Of a stretch of DNA of 64,000 nucleotides, positions 61,315 through 64,000 are shown piece by piece (position 1 is the first letter of the stretch; the number at the start of each line of letters is the position of its first letter). A program made the translations under genes and the position numbers. Source of the stretch: Octopus bimaculoides. Taxonomy: Eukaryota. The notes below the pieces were generated by a model. That model saw nothing but the letters and a program-made list of their open reading frames with translations, made no database searches and was not told where the DNA came from. The stretch spans positions 30,120,501 through 30,184,500 of the forward strand of contig NC_068982.1 in the NCBI RefSeq assembly GCF_001194135.2, given 5' to 3'.

Positions 61315-61525
61315 CGTGGCGAGCTGGCAGAAACGTTAGCATTATTTCGTCTGCCATTACGTTCTGAGTTCAAATTCCACCAAGGTCGACCTGGCTTTTC
61401 ATCCTTTCGGGGTCGATAAATTAAGTACCAGTTATGCACTGGGGTCGATGTAATCGACTTAATCCCTTTGCCTGTCCTTCTTTGTCCCCTCTATGTTTAG
61501 CCCCTTGTGGGCAATAAAGAAATCA
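61315..61525 (+). mobile_element. tRNA-derived SINE family B, CpG-rich copy
   Basis: ggcgagctggcagaaacgttagc...gttctgagttcaaattcc (B-box-like)...ggggtcgataaattaagtaccag. Confidence 0.85.
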
Positions 61526-63396
61526 GGAATTAACCAGAAACTCATTCAGTGTATATGTATATATAATTTGGTAAGAAATTGCCAACAATTCTTTGTGTTG
61601 AGTAGGAAGTAAAAAAAGAAGGAAAGACTCATGCTATATGTTCTGCTTGAATTGTACAGACAATCTCTTGTCATCTCATTATTGGAAATTCAGTGAACCT
61701 GTGATTGGTTCAACTGAAATCTATAACTAGTGACCTATTATTTATTAATGTGTGATGTACATTAAAAAAATCTATACAATCTGTAATCATTTTAAAAATA
61801 GAGTTTATTTTATTGATTACTGTATTCAAAATAGACAATCGCAGTTATAATGTGAATACATACCAACAGGTGAAATATTACTGTGTGAAGATAGTTTAGA
61901 GTACAAAGAACAGAGGGAGGATGCTGAAAAAGACTTCTGCAAAGTATTAAAAATTTGGAAATCATGTATTGAGGATCAATATAAAGAAATATTTTCATAA
62001 TTCCTGAAGGGTCATAGTATAATTTCTGTTACGTCAGCTCACTCTTAATTTTCTGCATAGCACAGTACTGCATGGGTGAGCATCAATCAGCCAGTCCTGA
62101 GATGCATGACATCACAAGAATCATTCTAACCTTGTTTGCATTCATTTTGAAGGAAGAAAGTAATTGTCTAAGAAGGGAAAAAACTGTGATACCTTCATCT
62201 AGCATTCATTTCTGTTCTATAACAGAATCATTACAAGACTGGGCTTTTGACGTATCAAATTTTTAACTGGATGTTATGAGTTAAACCAGTGCTGATGGCA
62301 AGCTTTGTCTTGATATATTGTACAAGGCTGTTACTTCCTTTCATCTTTCATGTAAAAAAATTATCATCTTTACACAACACAATGCAAATTTTTCAAGTGT
62401 TTAACGAGGACCAAGATCTTAAAGCATGCTTAATGAGTTGTAAAAGACGTCTTTGTGTCTCTCATTTGAAACAACAGATTCCCGCAAGATAGGAACATTT
62501 CGTAGACAGTATTAAACTGATTGAAGCTAAAGTTCAAATAAACTACTATAAACAGTTTATTCCAGTGTAGAATTTAACCATCCCCCCCCCCACCATACAA
62601 CAATCTCCATCTGTAATTATTTTGATAATATGCTCAACTTTTCTGCTACCTTTTGACATTGCCTGAAAAAATACAATCATAAGTGCACTTGACATTCTTT
62701 AGGCAGATGCCATGCTAGAAAAAGCAAACTATAGCATAAATAGTTATTGACAATGCTTAACAGAGTCAAGTAACAATCATATATTGAATTGACATAAAAT
62801 TATATATCTTAATTTCCTTCCTAGCAGGGTGCATTTTGTTTTCTTCTTTTTAATATGAGGAAAGTCCTGTCTTTTGTTATTTATCAATCACTATTGTGTG
62901 ACTGATTTTGGCAATTGAATCAGTTCTTTAGTCATATGTTTCCTGTGTTAGCTATATTTTCTGTCTACCTGCCATTATGTACTCTTTCCATTTTATTGAT
63001 TTCTATATCAACTAGTTTATTTATTTGCTATAGATACTTTGCGTTATAATATTGCATGAATAAAATAGACATTAACCCGCTGTGTTAATAAGTTAATGAG
63101 GAATTTTCCATTTTTCATTTCTGCATTTAAAACATTTGAGCTTTGCACACACAGACATACATACATGCATGCACTTACACACACACACATGCATGAGTAC
63201 ACACATATATATATATACACACAGATGCACAAACACATCTGTGCAGATCTGTATGTACCAAAAGTTTTGCTATATGATGTTTTATTTGATAATTAATTGC
63301 TATTCGTCATGATGAAAATAAAAAGAATTAGAGATGGAGTGGTGATGTGTGTGTGTGTGAGGTGTGTGAGTATGTGTTTACATACANNNNNNNNNN

Positions 63397-63439
<43 letters not shown>

Positions 63440-63624
63440 CTACACATGCAAATATAAACACACAAATGTGCACACACACACATACATATACACAGCTGTG
63501 CACACACAAACACACATATGTATATACATACACATCACCACTTCATCTCGAGTTATTTATATTTTCATCATGACGGATAGCAACTATATATATTTATATA
63601 TAATAGAATATATATATATATACA

Positions 63625-63740
63625 ATTGCAGCGTGGAAGGTGTTTATAAGCCATTTAAAATAACACACAAAATCCGTTAGATTCACTTCAACATTTAAAT
63701 TTAATTTGTCAAAATATTTTCGTCGCATCTGAGAAAGTAA
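63625..63740 (+). mobile_element. Interspersed repeat, partner of 49625-49810
   Basis: About 105 bp of high identity to the reverse complement of 49660-49760. Confidence 0.7.
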
Positions 63741-64000
63741 TAGTTAGTTCATGATATATATGTACATGTGTATGTATGTATGTATGTATGTATGTGCGTG
63801 TACATGTGTGCGCGTATGCATCTGTGTACATGCGTATGCATGTGTGCATGCCTATACACATGTATGTATATATGTATGTATGTGAGTATGCGCGTATGTA
63901 CTTATGGATGTACGTGAGTAATAGGGTAAGTGTGTAGACGTGTTTGTGTGTGTGTGTGCATATGTATGTACATGTGAATGTATGTTTATGTACTGATATG

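Overview
AT-rich eukaryotic draft-assembly sequence with nine N-gaps, most abutting (TA)n microsatellites. From memory, the repeat complement (two very abundant tRNA-derived SINE families, RTE-type LINE fragments, Tc1/mariner relics, TTAA- and hAT-type MITEs) matches an Octopus genome; this is inference, not a database result. The window looks like intronic or intergenic DNA. Nearly all ORFs in the supplied track are artefacts of microsatellites, gaps or decayed repeats. The only proteins I can recognise are transposon relics: a mariner transposase (14.5-15.4 kb), a maT/DD37D-like transposase fragment (26.7-26.9 kb) and RTE reverse-transcriptase fragments (25.8 and 57.6 kb). A few short segments have good splice signals and open frames (1-57, 1990-2067, 28529-28644 and 56664-56755 on +; 60338-60591 on -) and may be exons of a host gene I cannot name. 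The most notable unexplained structures are a minimal Penelope-type hammerhead ribozyme fold with one core substitution (46284-46320, -), a foldback palindrome of at least 547 bp running into a gap (4370-4916) with a second hairpin beside it, a nested stack of TTAA MITEs (324-890), and closely spaced inverted SINE pairs that could be dsRNA/ADAR substrates. I found no CRISPR array, rRNA, intact tRNA or prokaryotic system. Repeat coordinates are approximate, to within tens of bases, unless termini are quoted.
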